Notes: generated by a model from the sequence alone, not told the origin. Shown: positions 45,679 to 55,530, counted from the first letter of the stretch. The stretch is DNA of 64,000 nucleotides from Acidobacteriaceae bacterium (GCA_027449965.1 DAIDKP010000009.1:2753-66752), one strand, 5' to 3'. Program-made: numbers and translations.

Positions 45679-46221
45679 CTACGGTTTTGCGGAGCTTTGA
45701 CGCAGCATCCGGACAAGCTCCTGCTCGGTCTGAGAGCCTGCAATGCTGCCCTCGTATCGCCTTTGCACCACGCCTGCTCGATCCACCAGAAAAGAGACGG
45801 GAAGTCCCAGAATGCCACCGTAGAGCAGGCTCAGCCTGGGGTCGCTCATCACAACGGGATAGTTAATGCTGAGTCTGTGGACCCAGTCGAGAGCCGCACG
45901 GGATGAATCGTCCATGGAGATGCCGAGGATCTGCAGTCCCTGTGCGCGATAGCGATTCTGCCAGGTAACCAGTTGCGGAATCTCCGCCAGGCAAGGACCA
46001 CACCAGGTGGCCCAGAAATTGATCAGGACAACCTTGCCGCGAAACGCGCGAAGATGGACCGGCGTGTGGTTCGTGATGGATGAGCGCGTGAAGTCCGGAG
46101 CCGGCGAGCGCGCTGCAATCGATGAAGCCCACGTGGGAGCGAACGGGCAGGCGTAGAGAAACACGCCCGCCGTCAACGCTTGAAGCAGGTTGCGGCGGCT
46201 GGGTTGGGCTGGTTCAGGCAA
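45679..46221 (-). CDS. TlpA/ResA-like thioredoxin with Tat-like signal
   Basis: TTG start overlapping the rhodanese stop; SRRNLL; GKVVLINFWATWCGPC; GLPVSFLVDR.G. Confidence 0.85.
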   Translation of the reverse strand: MPEPAQPSRRNLLQALTAGVFLYACPFAPTWASSIAARSPAPDFTRSSITNHTPVHLRAFRGKVVLINFWATWCGPCLAEIPQLVTWQNRYRAQGLQILGISMDDSSRAALDWVHRLSINYPVVMSDPRLSLLYGGILGLPVSFLVDRAGVVQRRYEGSIAGSQTEQELVRMLRQSSAKP

Positions 46222-46705
46222 CCGGATATCCTTTGTCAGCCCAGTCGGCACCGAAGTTGTTATCGATTCGCAGAACTTTGACGGAAGAGAAACGCATAGC
46301 CTGAAGCTGATCCCATGCCGGAGCGATGTTGGGGCAGTGCGTCCAGGGGCAGCAGCCGCAATAAAGCAGGATGGGCTGTGTGTGCGGCCAGGCTTGGACT
46401 GTCTGACGCAGCAGCGCGAGTCCATCGGGTTGCGACCCTGGGCCTGCATACATGGCGCCGCGAATATGCTTCTGGTCGAACATGGAGTGGAAGCCCACCT
46501 GCAAAATCTTCCACGGAGCCGCGTGCGATCGCTGGAGTTGCGCGTTGACGAAGGCAGGCTCAAGCAAAGCCGAGGATGGAATCGTCGTTGCGCTCTCGGC
46601 CTGCAGGCGTGAAGTGTCGAGTGCAAGCGCGATGGCGCCGAGAGCGACAGGCGTGTGAAGGAGAAAATTCCGACGAGTGTGTTGCGTGGACATAGTGTTC
46701 CTCAT
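46214..46705 (-). CDS. Tat-exported rhodanese-like protein with Cys-rich loop
   Basis: TRRNFL; HIRGA; ILLYCGCCPWTHCPN; F.ADWADKGYPV; ATGA overlap with the upstream gene. Confidence 0.8.
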   Translation of the reverse strand: MRNTMSTQHTRRNFLLHTPVALGAIALALDTSRLQAESATTIPSSALLEPAFVNAQLQRSHAAPWKILQVGFHSMFDQKHIRGAMYAGPGSQPDGLALLRQTVQAWPHTQPILLYCGCCPWTHCPNIAPAWDQLQAMRFSSVKVLRIDNNFGADWADKGYPVA

Positions 46706-48666
46706 TTCGTGGCCGTAGTGGAGTTTGGAGTTGCTGTAGTGTTGGCTATGCCCGCCACGATGCCCTTACCTTCTTCGATGGCCAGGATGCGATCGACGGC
46801 AGGAATGTTGAGTTTTTCGATGGTGCGATCAGGCCAGTGAATCTCCACGGCGTCGATGTGTGCGGCATCGCCGAGGCCGAAGTGGAGGCGAAAATCGTTG
46901 GAGGAAAGATAGCTGCCGCCGCTGAGCACATCCTGTCTCTGGCGCTCACCGTTGGCCGTCAGATAGACTGTGCTGCCGACAGCATCGCGTGGGCTTTTCG
47001 GTCCTCCGATCAGGCTTAGCTCAATCCAGTGATGATGGTCGGGGCTGACGTTTTTGAGCAGCACCGGAACGCCATCCATGTTGCTGATGACAACGTCTAT
47101 TTTCCCATCGTTGAAGAGATCGCCAAAGGCCGCGCCACGGCCTACGCTGACGGTGGCAAGTCCGGTGCCTTCGACTGCTGGGACTTCTGTGAAGGTTCCA
47201 TTGCGATTGTTCTGGAAAAGCTGCGGGCGCTGCGCATAGCTCTGCCCCCATTCCGGGTGCTGATCGACCTGCGGGTAGACGTGGCCGTTGGCGATAAACA
47301 GATCGAGCCAGCCATCGTTGTCATAGTCCAAAAATCCGTCACCAAAGCCTACGAAGGGCATGGTAGGCAGCGCGATGCCAGCCTTGTAGCTTTCGTCGCT
47401 GAAGTTGCCAGTTCCATCGTTTTCAAAAAGCACTTTGTAGTCGTCGGCAAAAGTGGTGCTCACCACGTCGAGGTGGCCATTATTTTTGTAGTCACCGAGA
47501 GCCAGGCCCATATTGGCCACTTCACGTCCGCCTTCGTTCACGGCAAATCCGTCGGTGTAGCTGTCGTCCTCAAACGTGCCGTTGTGCTTGTTGATGTAGA
47601 GGTAGTTGGGCGAAGAGTCATCGGCAACCAGAAGATCGGGCCAGCCATCATTGTTGACATCAGCGAAGACCGTGCCCAGGCCATAGTAGCGATCCGGATC
47701 GCTGACCCCGGCCTTGACGCTCACATCGGTGAAGGTTCCATCGCCGTTGTTGTGGAAGAGATGGTCGGCCGCACCCTTGAGGCCGCGCGGACCACACATG
47801 ACCGTAACGCCGCGAAAGACGCAGCGCGAGTAGCCAACAACCTGATTGCCACTTTCCGGCGGGTTGTGAACGTCGAAATCGATGTAGCCGTCGACAAAGA
47901 GATCCAGCCGTCCGTCACCGTCGTAGTCGCCAAAGGTCGCTCCAGCAGACCATCCGCCGAGCGCGATTCCGGCCTTCTCTGCTACATCGGTAAAAGTGCC
48001 GTCATGATTGTTGTGATATAGACGATTTTTGCCGTAGTTCGTGATGTAAAGATCGGGCCACCCATCGTTGTCAAAATCTCCAACGACAACGCCGTATCCC
48101 CAGCGGTCATTGGTGACGCCAGCCTTTGCGGCAACATTGGTGAAGGTGCCGTCATGATTGTTATGAAAAAGTGCAGCCTGCGGTGCTGCGGCTTTGCCGT
48201 CGAGCGCGTCAAAGGTGGATCCGTTGACAAAATAGATGTCGAGCCAACCGTCGTGATCGTAGTCCAGTAGCGCAACGCCAGGGCCTTTGGCCTCAAGAAT
48301 ATATTTTTTCGCAGGAGTTCCGGCGGTGTGATGCCAGATGGTAAGACCGGCCTGCTGCGCGATGTTTTGGAAGATGATCGGACCGCTTTTGACAAATCCG
48401 CCCGCCGTGATGGGACGATGTTGCGCATCGAAAAGTGGTTGTTGTGGAGGTCCGCTGGAAGAACCGCCCATCTGCTGCGCGCGGGCCGGAACGAGCCATA
48501 CAAGAGTCGCGATCAAGAGCATCCAGCAGCTTGACAGAAAAGCGAGACGGTTACGGCGGCGCAGCACTGCGGCGGGTATTCCGGTGAAGAAAACTCCAGG
48601 TCCGGTCATCACACGAATTATACGAGAGCGGAGATGTACGGAAGAACTGACGCGCGTACGGGGCAA
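46702..48666 (-). CDS. CRTAC1-family protein (FG-GAP/VCBS repeats + ASPIC/UnbV)
   Basis: Repeated DYDHDGWLDIY, DFDNDGWPDLY, DYDGDGRLDLF, DVNNDGWPDLL; GGSYLSSNDFRLHFGLG. Exact start uncertain. Confidence 0.88.
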   Translation of the reverse strand: MPRTRVSSSVHLRSRIIRVMTGPGVFFTGIPAAVLRRRNRLAFLSSCWMLLIATLVWLVPARAQQMGGSSSGPPQQPLFDAQHRPITAGGFVKSGPIIFQNIAQQAGLTIWHHTAGTPAKKYILEAKGPGVALLDYDHDGWLDIYFVNGSTFDALDGKAAAPQAALFHNNHDGTFTNVAAKAGVTNDRWGYGVVVGDFDNDGWPDLYITNYGKNRLYHNNHDGTFTDVAEKAGIALGGWSAGATFGDYDGDGRLDLFVDGYIDFDVHNPPESGNQVVGYSRCVFRGVTVMCGPRGLKGAADHLFHNNGDGTFTDVSVKAGVSDPDRYYGLGTVFADVNNDGWPDLLVADDSSPNYLYINKHNGTFEDDSYTDGFAVNEGGREVANMGLALGDYKNNGHLDVVSTTFADDYKVLFENDGTGNFSDESYKAGIALPTMPFVGFGDGFLDYDNDGWLDLFIANGHVYPQVDQHPEWGQSYAQRPQLFQNNRNGTFTEVPAVEGTGLATVSVGRGAAFGDLFNDGKIDVVISNMDGVPVLLKNVSPDHHHWIELSLIGGPKSPRDAVGSTVYLTANGERQRQDVLSGGSYLSSNDFRLHFGLGDAAHIDAVEIHWPDRTIEKLNIPAVDRILAIEEGKGIVAGIANTTATPNSTTATK

Positions 48667-49266
48667 TCAGAAGTCACGACGGCCTTCGAGAGCGCGCGCC
48701 ATCGAAATCTCATCTACGTATTCCAGGTCGCTGCCAGCGGGAACACCGGTGGCAATGCGCGTGATGCGCACGGAAAGTCGGCGCAACAGCGCGGCAAGCC
48801 AGTCCGCAGTGGCTTCACCTTCGAGCGTGGGGCTGGTAGCTAGAATGACCTCATCCACTTCGCCGGCTTCCACGCGGGCCATCAGCGAGGTAATGCGAAG
48901 CTGATCGGGGCCGACGCCATGCAGCGGTGAAAGCGTACCGTGCAGCACATGATAGACGCCCTGATATCCGCGGACGCGCTCGATTGAAGCGATGCTGGTC
49001 GGTTCCTCCACGACGCAGACCAGCCGCTGGTTCCGCACGGGATTGGAGCAGTACGCGCAGGGATCGACATCGGTGACGTTGTTGCAGATCGAACACAGGC
49101 GCAGGTTTGCCTTGAGCGCGGCTAGTGCCTCGGCTAGCGCGTGCGCATCGTCCTCGCTGGCCCGCAGCAGGTGAAAGGCAAACCGTTGTGCGGTTTTACT
49201 GCCGACGCCGGGCAGTTTTTTCAGCTCTTCAATGAGCCTGGCCAGAGGCTCTGCGTAACGCTGCAC
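48667..49266 (-). CDS. recR: Recombination mediator
   Basis: LPGVGSKTAQR, CSICNN.....PC.YC zinc finger, YHVLHG.LSP, EVILAT Toprim; GTG start with GGAGG SD. Confidence 0.95.
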   Translation of the reverse strand: MQRYAEPLARLIEELKKLPGVGSKTAQRFAFHLLRASEDDAHALAEALAALKANLRLCSICNNVTDVDPCAYCSNPVRNQRLVCVVEEPTSIASIERVRGYQGVYHVLHGTLSPLHGVGPDQLRITSLMARVEAGEVDEVILATSPTLEGEATADWLAALLRRLSVRITRIATGVPAGSDLEYVDEISMARALEGRRDF

Positions 49267-49297
49267 GATGCTTGCTCCTCCAAACCATGTGCGCGGA

Positions 49298-50281
49298 TCA
49301 GACGCGCACGGTGCGATACACGATGCCGGTGAAAACGTCCGGTGTGATGCCGCCTTTGCCCCATTGTGCATCAAGCGAGGCGGTAGGTTTGCGCGCGACG
49401 ACTTCGGCTTCGGTGAGGCCGGATTTTTTCAGTGCTGCAACGCGGTCGCGAACGGCGGACAGCATGGCATGGTATTCCACAAGCTGCTCGCGCGTGCCCA
49501 GCGGTCCGTGGCCGGGGATGATTTTTGTCTGAGCATCGGCAAGTGTGAGCGCATGGGCAGAAGCAGTAATCATGCCGTCGATATTGCCGCCGGAGCTTTC
49601 GTCGATGAGCGGATAGACCCCGTTGAACCAGATGTCGGCGACATGCAGAACATTGGCATGGGTAAAGTGGATGTAGATGTCTGTGTCGGTGTGCGCGGGC
49701 GCATAGTGCGCCAGCGTGATCTGGTCCCCGTTGCGCCAGAGCGTGAGCGACTGGTCAAACGTGGTCACGGGCCAGGCCGGGGCCGGATACGCAGGCAGCG
49801 ATACGTGCAGCAGCGCAATGGACTGCGGAGTCATCAGGCGCTCGCGTGTCTTGCTGTGGGCCAGAATGCGAAATCCTGCCTCGTGCATGGGCTGGTTGCC
49901 ATCGACGTGATCGACGTGCCAGTGCGAGTTGATGAGCGTAGCCGCAGGATCCTTGCTGATGGCGTCGAGCGCGGCCAGAATGCGCGGCGCGGCAGGCATG
50001 TAGCTGCTGTCGATAAGCACTTTGCCGTCCGGGCCAGTCTGCACCGCCATGTTGCCACCGTAACCCTGGAGCAGATGGATGTTGCCAGCAAGCTGAGTAA
50101 CGCGAATGGGAGTTCTGGCCGCTGCGGCGCGGCTGGTGGTGCGGAAGTCGGCGGGCGCGGCCTGGGCAAGCAAATGAACCGGCGTCGCGGCAGCAACTCC
50201 GGCAACAGCCATCACGCTCAAAAACGAGCGGCGGCTCGCGATGGGCATGGCTGACGTTGTGGAAGCGTCTTCGAAGAACAT
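49298..50281 (-). CDS. Tat-exported MBL-fold metallo-hydrolase (cyclase-like)
   Basis: SRRSFL; HWHVDHVDGN; AHTDTD; HVAD; IIPGHG. Confidence 0.85.
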   Translation of the reverse strand: MFFEDASTTSAMPIASRRSFLSVMAVAGVAAATPVHLLAQAAPADFRTTSRAAAARTPIRVTQLAGNIHLLQGYGGNMAVQTGPDGKVLIDSSYMPAAPRILAALDAISKDPAATLINSHWHVDHVDGNQPMHEAGFRILAHSKTRERLMTPQSIALLHVSLPAYPAPAWPVTTFDQSLTLWRNGDQITLAHYAPAHTDTDIYIHFTHANVLHVADIWFNGVYPLIDESSGGNIDGMITASAHALTLADAQTKIIPGHGPLGTREQLVEYHAMLSAVRDRVAALKKSGLTEAEVVARKPTASLDAQWGKGGITPDVFTGIVYRTVRV

Positions 50282-50364
50282 GGTCGTTCCTTCCTTCTGG
50301 ATCAAATTTGAGCTGGATCAGATTGCAGTGCTGCAAACGTGCGTAAAGTTTGTTGCCGTCGCCC

Positions 50365-50691
50365 TCAACTGAGGCCGGGAATGCTGAGGCCGCCCAGCAG
50401 TCCGGTTAGCTGCGATTTCAAGTTCTGTTCCGCCTTGTTACCGGCGTCGTTTACGGCGGCGACGATCAGATCCTGAAGCATCTCCAGATCGGGGGATTCT
50501 CCGCTGAGGCTGGCAATGGCGGCGGGATCAATCTGCAGGCGCAGAAGCTGTTTCTTGCCGTTCATGAGGACGGTGACGGCGCCGCCGCCGCTGGCGCCCT
50601 CAATCTGGGTCTGGCTAAGCTTGCGCTGCACCTCCTCCTGCATTTGACCGGCTTTGGAAAGCATCTCCTGAAGCTTCATCGGATTGAACAT
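50365..50691 (-). CDS. ybaB: YbaB/EbfC nucleoid-associated protein
   Basis: EGASGGGAVTV.MNG, DLEMLQDLIVAAVNDA; between dnaX and recR. Confidence 0.92.
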   Translation of the reverse strand: MFNPMKLQEMLSKAGQMQEEVQRKLSQTQIEGASGGGAVTVLMNGKKQLLRLQIDPAAIASLSGESPDLEMLQDLIVAAVNDAGNKAEQNLKSQLTGLLGGLSIPGLS

Positions 50692-50784
50692 GGCAGACTC
50701 CTTCCACGGGAAAATTCCGCAATCCATGGCAAGCATACGATGCGCGGCTACGGTGCGGGATGCAAAGGACGACGGAAACCAAAA

Positions 50785-52776
50785 TTATTTTGGGCGCAGA
50801 TCGATGACACTACAAATCTCACCGTCAAAAATTTCCAGCGACTGGACAACCAGCGGATGATTCCGCGCTTCCTGGTCGATACTGCCGGCACTGGCAACAC
50901 GGGTCGTGATGGCGACAGAGGATTCGCCGGGAATAATCCGATAACGTGTGGGCGCACCGGATTGTGTCAGCGCCTGGCGGATCAGTTTCTCCGCTGCCGC
51001 ATTGAAGGTGATGCGGATCATCGTTGCTTTGGCCGGAACCTCGATGCGCAGCGAAGCTCCGTCGGGAATCCACTGGCCGGCATCGAGCAACGAAGCCGCT
51101 GAGCTGTGACCGCCGGTTTCGAGCGCCTGCACGACGGCGGCTTGCGCGGCCTCGAGCGAGAAGCCGCCTGCGGAAGACGGTGTTTCGAGCTTGGTTACCA
51201 GCGGTGTTTCGAGCCGTGTATCGATCAGAGCGGTCGAGTCTGGAGTGCTTGCCGCTGCCTCGATCGCGGGGATCGTCGCCACAGCAGGCTCTGCAACTGG
51301 CCGCTGCACAAGTTGCGGCCCAACCGCGCGGGCCAGCGCGCCTTCAGTTTCACGGAACTCCGCATGGCCGGCTTCGATGCGTGTTGATTCGGCATATGCG
51401 GCGGTGGAAGCGGTCATGGGTGAGACGCGCGCAGCAGCAGACGCGACCGGAGCGGATGCGGCAGAACCTGACGAAACAAACGGGGAGGGCGACGGCGCGT
51501 GCGAGCTGGGTACGTGTGAACTGGATGCGTGTGGACTCGCTCCATGCGCGGCGGAGTTGGATCGCGCCGCCAGTGCTGCTCCTTTGGCGGGAAGCGCCGC
51601 CAGACCGCTCAGAATCTGCTCCATGGGAATCAGACGCTGCGCATGGACGAGTCGCAGCAGGCCAAGTTCCAGATGGAAGCGCTGTTCCTGACGAAAGTTG
51701 AGATCGTCAAAGGTGCGCAGCAGCAGTTGAAGATTTCGTGTGAGTTCTTCTTCGCTGAAAAGCTGCGCGGTGCGTGCGGCACGGGCGCGTTCTTCCGTGG
51801 CGATTTGCAGCAGGGTGGTGTTTTCACCGCCCAGCGAAGCCATCAGCGTGTTGCGCAGATACCGAACCATCTGCCGTGCGATGGCCACAGGGCTATTGCC
51901 GCTGGTGAGCAGCCGATCCAGCTCATGCATCAGTGGCGCAGACTCGCCCCGTGCGATGATCTCAAAGAGCCGCTCCAGCGTTGCGTTGGGCAGTGTGCCC
52001 ATCAGTTCGCGGATCAGTGAAGCCTCAAGCAGGGGTTGACCATTCTGTCGCGGCGCGGAGGCGATGGCCTGATCCATGATGGAAAGCGCATCGCGCATGG
52101 AGCCGTCGCCCGCCTCGGCCAGCAGTGCCAGTGCTTCATCATCAAAGGCGATGTTTTCGTGCGCGGCAATGGTGCGAAGCTGCTGGAGAATATCGTCAAA
52201 GCGCACGGCATGGAAGCTGAAGTGCTGACAGCGTGAGCGGATGGTTTGCGGAATGTTCTCCGGCTCAGTCGTCGCCATCATAAAAACAGCCCATTCAGGT
52301 GGTTCTTCCAGCGTTTTCAGAATGGCGTTGAAGGCGGCGTCGGTGATCTGGTGGGCTTCGTCGAGCAGAAAGATTTTGTAGCGGTCGCGCGCCGGGCGCA
52401 CAGTAGCCTGGCTGCAGATGGACCGTACATCGTCGATGCCCCGGTTGGAGGCTGCGTCGATCTCAATGAAGTCAAAGGACTGTGTGGCTGCATCGTCGCC
52501 GCCGCCCGAGGAGATTTCGCGGCAACTCACGCATTGCAGACAAGGCTCGATATCGGGCCGCTCCGGGGAGCCAACCGCGGCGCGGCAGTCCAGCGCCATG
52601 GCCAGGATTCGCGCAATGGTGGTTTTTCCAATGCCGCGATGGCCGGAAAAGATGTAGCCGTGGGCGATGCGTTGCTGCGTGAGCGCATTCTTCAGCGTAC
52701 GCGTCACGTGCTCCTGACCGGCAACGTCGGCAAAGCGCTGAGGTCGATATTTTCGCGCCAGAACCTGATAGGCCAT
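50785..52776 (-). CDS. dnaX: DNA polymerase III gamma/tau subunit
   Basis: YQVLARKYRPQ, GIGKTT, EIDAAS, LDEAH, TIRSRC, GSMRDALS; long Ala/Ser/Pro-rich linker. Confidence 0.95.
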   Translation of the reverse strand: MAYQVLARKYRPQRFADVAGQEHVTRTLKNALTQQRIAHGYIFSGHRGIGKTTIARILAMALDCRAAVGSPERPDIEPCLQCVSCREISSGGGDDAATQSFDFIEIDAASNRGIDDVRSICSQATVRPARDRYKIFLLDEAHQITDAAFNAILKTLEEPPEWAVFMMATTEPENIPQTIRSRCQHFSFHAVRFDDILQQLRTIAAHENIAFDDEALALLAEAGDGSMRDALSIMDQAIASAPRQNGQPLLEASLIRELMGTLPNATLERLFEIIARGESAPLMHELDRLLTSGNSPVAIARQMVRYLRNTLMASLGGENTTLLQIATEERARAARTAQLFSEEELTRNLQLLLRTFDDLNFRQEQRFHLELGLLRLVHAQRLIPMEQILSGLAALPAKGAALAARSNSAAHGASPHASSSHVPSSHAPSPSPFVSSGSAASAPVASAAARVSPMTASTAAYAESTRIEAGHAEFRETEGALARAVGPQLVQRPVAEPAVATIPAIEAAASTPDSTALIDTRLETPLVTKLETPSSAGGFSLEAAQAAVVQALETGGHSSAASLLDAGQWIPDGASLRIEVPAKATMIRITFNAAAEKLIRQALTQSGAPTRYRIIPGESSVAITTRVASAGSIDQEARNHPLVVQSLEIFDGEICSVIDLRPK

Positions 52777-52968
52777 CGGACGGTGCTCCCAATCGGATTG
52801 TATCGTTTGCCGCAAGACTTGCTCAGGACAGGCTGTGGATGTTTTGGCGGTCGGGGCATCTCCAAATGTGGGAACAGGCATCCCAGAGACAGGAATACCC
52901 GGAGCGATTCGCCGGAGTCTGGATGAGGCTCAGCGGTGGATGCGATTCCAAGGTGACAAGGAGAGACG

Positions 52969-53553
52969 ATGAAGGGTAAAGCAATGATTGGAGCAGCTCT
53001 GGCCTTTGCGCTGACGCTGGCTGCATCCGCAGAGATTCGTACCGATTTCAACCATCACGCAGATTTTGCCAGGTATCACACGTTTTCGTTTGGCAAGCTC
53101 AACACTTCCAATCCACTGGACGCAAGCCGGATCAAGCGGGTGGTCGTGCGCGATCTGGAGATGCGCGGACTGCAGATGGTGCCGACAGGTGGCGATCTGG
53201 TGGTTTTCGCCACGGACAAAGTGAAAACCGAGCATGATCTTGAAACGATGTACAACGGCATCGGCGACGGCTGGGGTGACGGCTGGGCATGGGGCGATGA
53301 CTGGGTTGGCGGCTGGGGCGACGGAATGGATGGAATGAGCACGGCAACAACAACCGAAGTGAGTCAGCGCAGGGGCAAGTTTGTCCTGGATTTGTTTGAA
53401 GGCTCCAGCAAAAAGCTGCTCTTTCGCGGTGTGGCCGACCAGAATGTCTCCAATAATTCCGGCAAAGACAAGAAGATGCTGGATAAGGATGCCGACGACA
53501 TGCTGAAAAAGCTGCCCATCAAACCCGAAAAACATGGCGGAATGAAGATGTAA
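52969..53553 (+). CDS. DUF4136-like periplasmic protein
   Basis: Signal peptide; DFNHHADFARYHTF; Gly/Trp/Asp loop; G.FVLDLF....KLLFRG.A. Confidence 0.75.
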   Translation: MKGKAMIGAALAFALTLAASAEIRTDFNHHADFARYHTFSFGKLNTSNPLDASRIKRVVVRDLEMRGLQMVPTGGDLVVFATDKVKTEHDLETMYNGIGDGWGDGWAWGDDWVGGWGDGMDGMSTATTTEVSQRRGKFVLDLFEGSSKKLLFRGVADQNVSNNSGKDKKMLDKDADDMLKKLPIKPEKHGGMKM

Positions 53554-53669
53554 TCGACCGCCGATGGCGAAACCATGTCGCAGCCGCGCGCCTCTGTCCA
53601 CTATGCTGGAGTGAGCCGCTGCTGCGACATTTTCCGTTGCGGGTTTCAGGTGCGAGTGTAAGGCAGAAG

Positions 53670-54476
53670 ATGTATGGAGTGAAGATGCGTATGACGGCAA
53701 TCAAGAGCCTTTGGCTGGTTGGACTGCTGTGCTGCGGCGCACTGATGCAGGCGCAAAGTGGCGGTCAGCCAAGCAACCCGTTTCCGGACGATACGCAGAC
53801 GACAAAACAAAATGCCGCGCCCACCTCCCGGCAAGTGCCATCCAGGCCGGGCAGCGCCACCGCTCCCAACAGCAGCGGTACAGAACAGAATCCGTTTCCG
53901 GGTGAGGACGCCAATGCGCCTGTAATTCCCGTTGGACCCGAAGGCGCGAATCCAGCCCCCAGACATGCGACGCCGTCCCCGACGGTCAGCGACATCGATC
54001 CCAAGGGTGACCCTGTTCGGATGCCGGAGTGGAACGACGAAGTGACTGACCCTGCCGTGGAGGAGGCCAGTCAGGAGGCCTCGCGCGGATTCAGTTCCAG
54101 CAGCACCGGAATGCAGGACTGGAGTACTCCCGACGTTCCCACCGGCAAAGGCAAGCACAAAAAAGGTCAGCCGGAAGATGTGGAACAGACTCCGGAGCAG
54201 CGGTTGAAGGAAGACCTGAGCGTGGGTTCTTTTTATGAGGATCAGCGAAACTGGCTTGCTGCCGAATCACGTTTTGCCGAGGCTTTCCAGATGAATCCCG
54301 AGGAGCCCAAAGCATTGTGGGGGCTGGCCGTGGCCGAGGAGCATCTTCAGGAGTACGCGAAAGCGCGACAGCATTATGAGCTGTACCTGAGCTATGGCAT
54401 GGACGGGCGCGAGGCGAAGGAAGCGCGCAAGGCTTTGAAAGAGATGCCTCAGACGGACGGCGCGCAGAATCGCTGA
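53670..54476 (+). CDS. Exported protein with disordered P/S/T-rich N-half and C-terminal TPR pair (BamD-like fold)
   Basis: Signal peptide; VGSFYEDQRNWLAAESRF..A....PE...A.WGLA..EE.L..Y.KA..HY..YL. Start may be 53685 or 53691. Confidence 0.65.
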   Translation: MYGVKMRMTAIKSLWLVGLLCCGALMQAQSGGQPSNPFPDDTQTTKQNAAPTSRQVPSRPGSATAPNSSGTEQNPFPGEDANAPVIPVGPEGANPAPRHATPSPTVSDIDPKGDPVRMPEWNDEVTDPAVEEASQEASRGFSSSSTGMQDWSTPDVPTGKGKHKKGQPEDVEQTPEQRLKEDLSVGSFYEDQRNWLAAESRFAEAFQMNPEEPKALWGLAVAEEHLQEYAKARQHYELYLSYGMDGREAKEARKALKEMPQTDGAQNR

Positions 54477-54633
54477 ATCGGTCGAGCGCGTTTCCAGAAT
54501 TTCTGTATGGTTTCGACTGCATGGATCAGTCCCGCGGTGAGCCGGTAACGGCTCGTCGAATGTTTTTGCCTGCGGTTTTTTGCTTGCTGACTTGCCTGTG
54601 AACTTGTTGCGAGTGTGACGTGCTCCGGGATTT

Positions 54634-55530
54634 TTATCGGAAAGAGGCCTGTATCCACAGCTGGAGCAGCCAGGCCGGGGCAAAGATCTCCGTGATGCCC
54701 GCAAGCGCGAGAAATGTACCAAGCGGCATGGGAAGTGTGGACCATCTCTCCTCGCGACTTCGCCCAATGCCTATCAGTATCCAGAGCAGGGCAGCGGCTG
54801 AGGCTGCAAAGACCGCGATCAAAAACGAATCGAGCATGGCCGAAAAGCCGAGCCAGGCACCCAGCGCCGCCAGCAGCTTGGCATCGCCGAGGCCCATGCC
54901 TTCCTGCCTGCGCACCAGCCAGTAAGCCAGTCGGATGATCAGCACCACTGCTGCTCCCGCAACGGCGGCAAGTGCAGCCGTGAGCACGGCGATAGCAGGC
55001 GTGAGGCGATGCGTTGTCGGCAATGCGCTCGCAGGAAACACAGCGGCAAGCCAAGGTGAGATGGGTTGGGGTGCAAGCATGGCATGGAGGCCACGCCAGA
55101 TCAGCCCCAGGGCAATCGCCGGCCAGGTGATGCGATCCGGCAGCCAGAGATTCTGCCAGTCAAGCGCCGCCAGCAGCAACATCATCCAGCAAAAGATGGC
55201 CGAGGCCAGCGCCTGGACGAAGGGTGCCGGTTGCGTCTCGGCAGCCGCCGCGCTCATGGCCCAGAGCGCGGCCGTGGCCAGCTCAAAAAGCGGATATGCA
55301 GGCGAGATCGTCTGGCGGCAGAAGTGGCAGCGGCCACGAAGCAGCAGCCAGCTCAGAACCGGAAGATTGTGCCACCAGGCAAGCGGATGCTGGCAGTGGG
55401 TGCAGTGCGATCCGGGATGCACGATGCTCTCTTCGGCGGGAAGGCGCAGTCGAACGACATTCAAAAAACTGCCAAAGAGCAGTCCGAAAAGAGCAAACAG
55501 CGCGGGCGCGGGTTGAGGCCAAGCGTACAT
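54634..55530 (-). CDS. A24 prepilin peptidase (PilD-like)
   Basis: GSFLNVV..RLP, CTHC...CHFC zinc module, LDW..LWLPD and GMGLGDAKL aspartates. Confidence 0.9.
   Translation of the reverse strand: MYAWPQPAPALFALFGLLFGSFLNVVRLRLPAEESIVHPGSHCTHCQHPLAWWHNLPVLSWLLLRGRCHFCRQTISPAYPLFELATAALWAMSAAAAETQPAPFVQALASAIFCWMMLLLAALDWQNLWLPDRITWPAIALGLIWRGLHAMLAPQPISPWLAAVFPASALPTTHRLTPAIAVLTAALAAVAGAAVVLIIRLAYWLVRRQEGMGLGDAKLLAALGAWLGFSAMLDSFLIAVFAASAAALLWILIGIGRSREERWSTLPMPLGTFLALAGITEIFAPAWLLQLWIQASFR

Noticed and set aside
45679-46626. 315-aa TlpA ORF
   Set aside because: The first 135 codons overlap the rhodanese gene out of frame; TTG 46221 gives a normal signal plus thioredoxin.
50785-52776. Programmed frameshift producing a gamma subunit from dnaX
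   Set aside because: No A-AAA-AAG heptamer or long A-run seen after domain III by eye.
52777-52968. SRP RNA (ffs), often found upstream of dnaX
   Set aside because: No CAGG..GGAAGGAAGCAG helix-8 motif seen on either strand.
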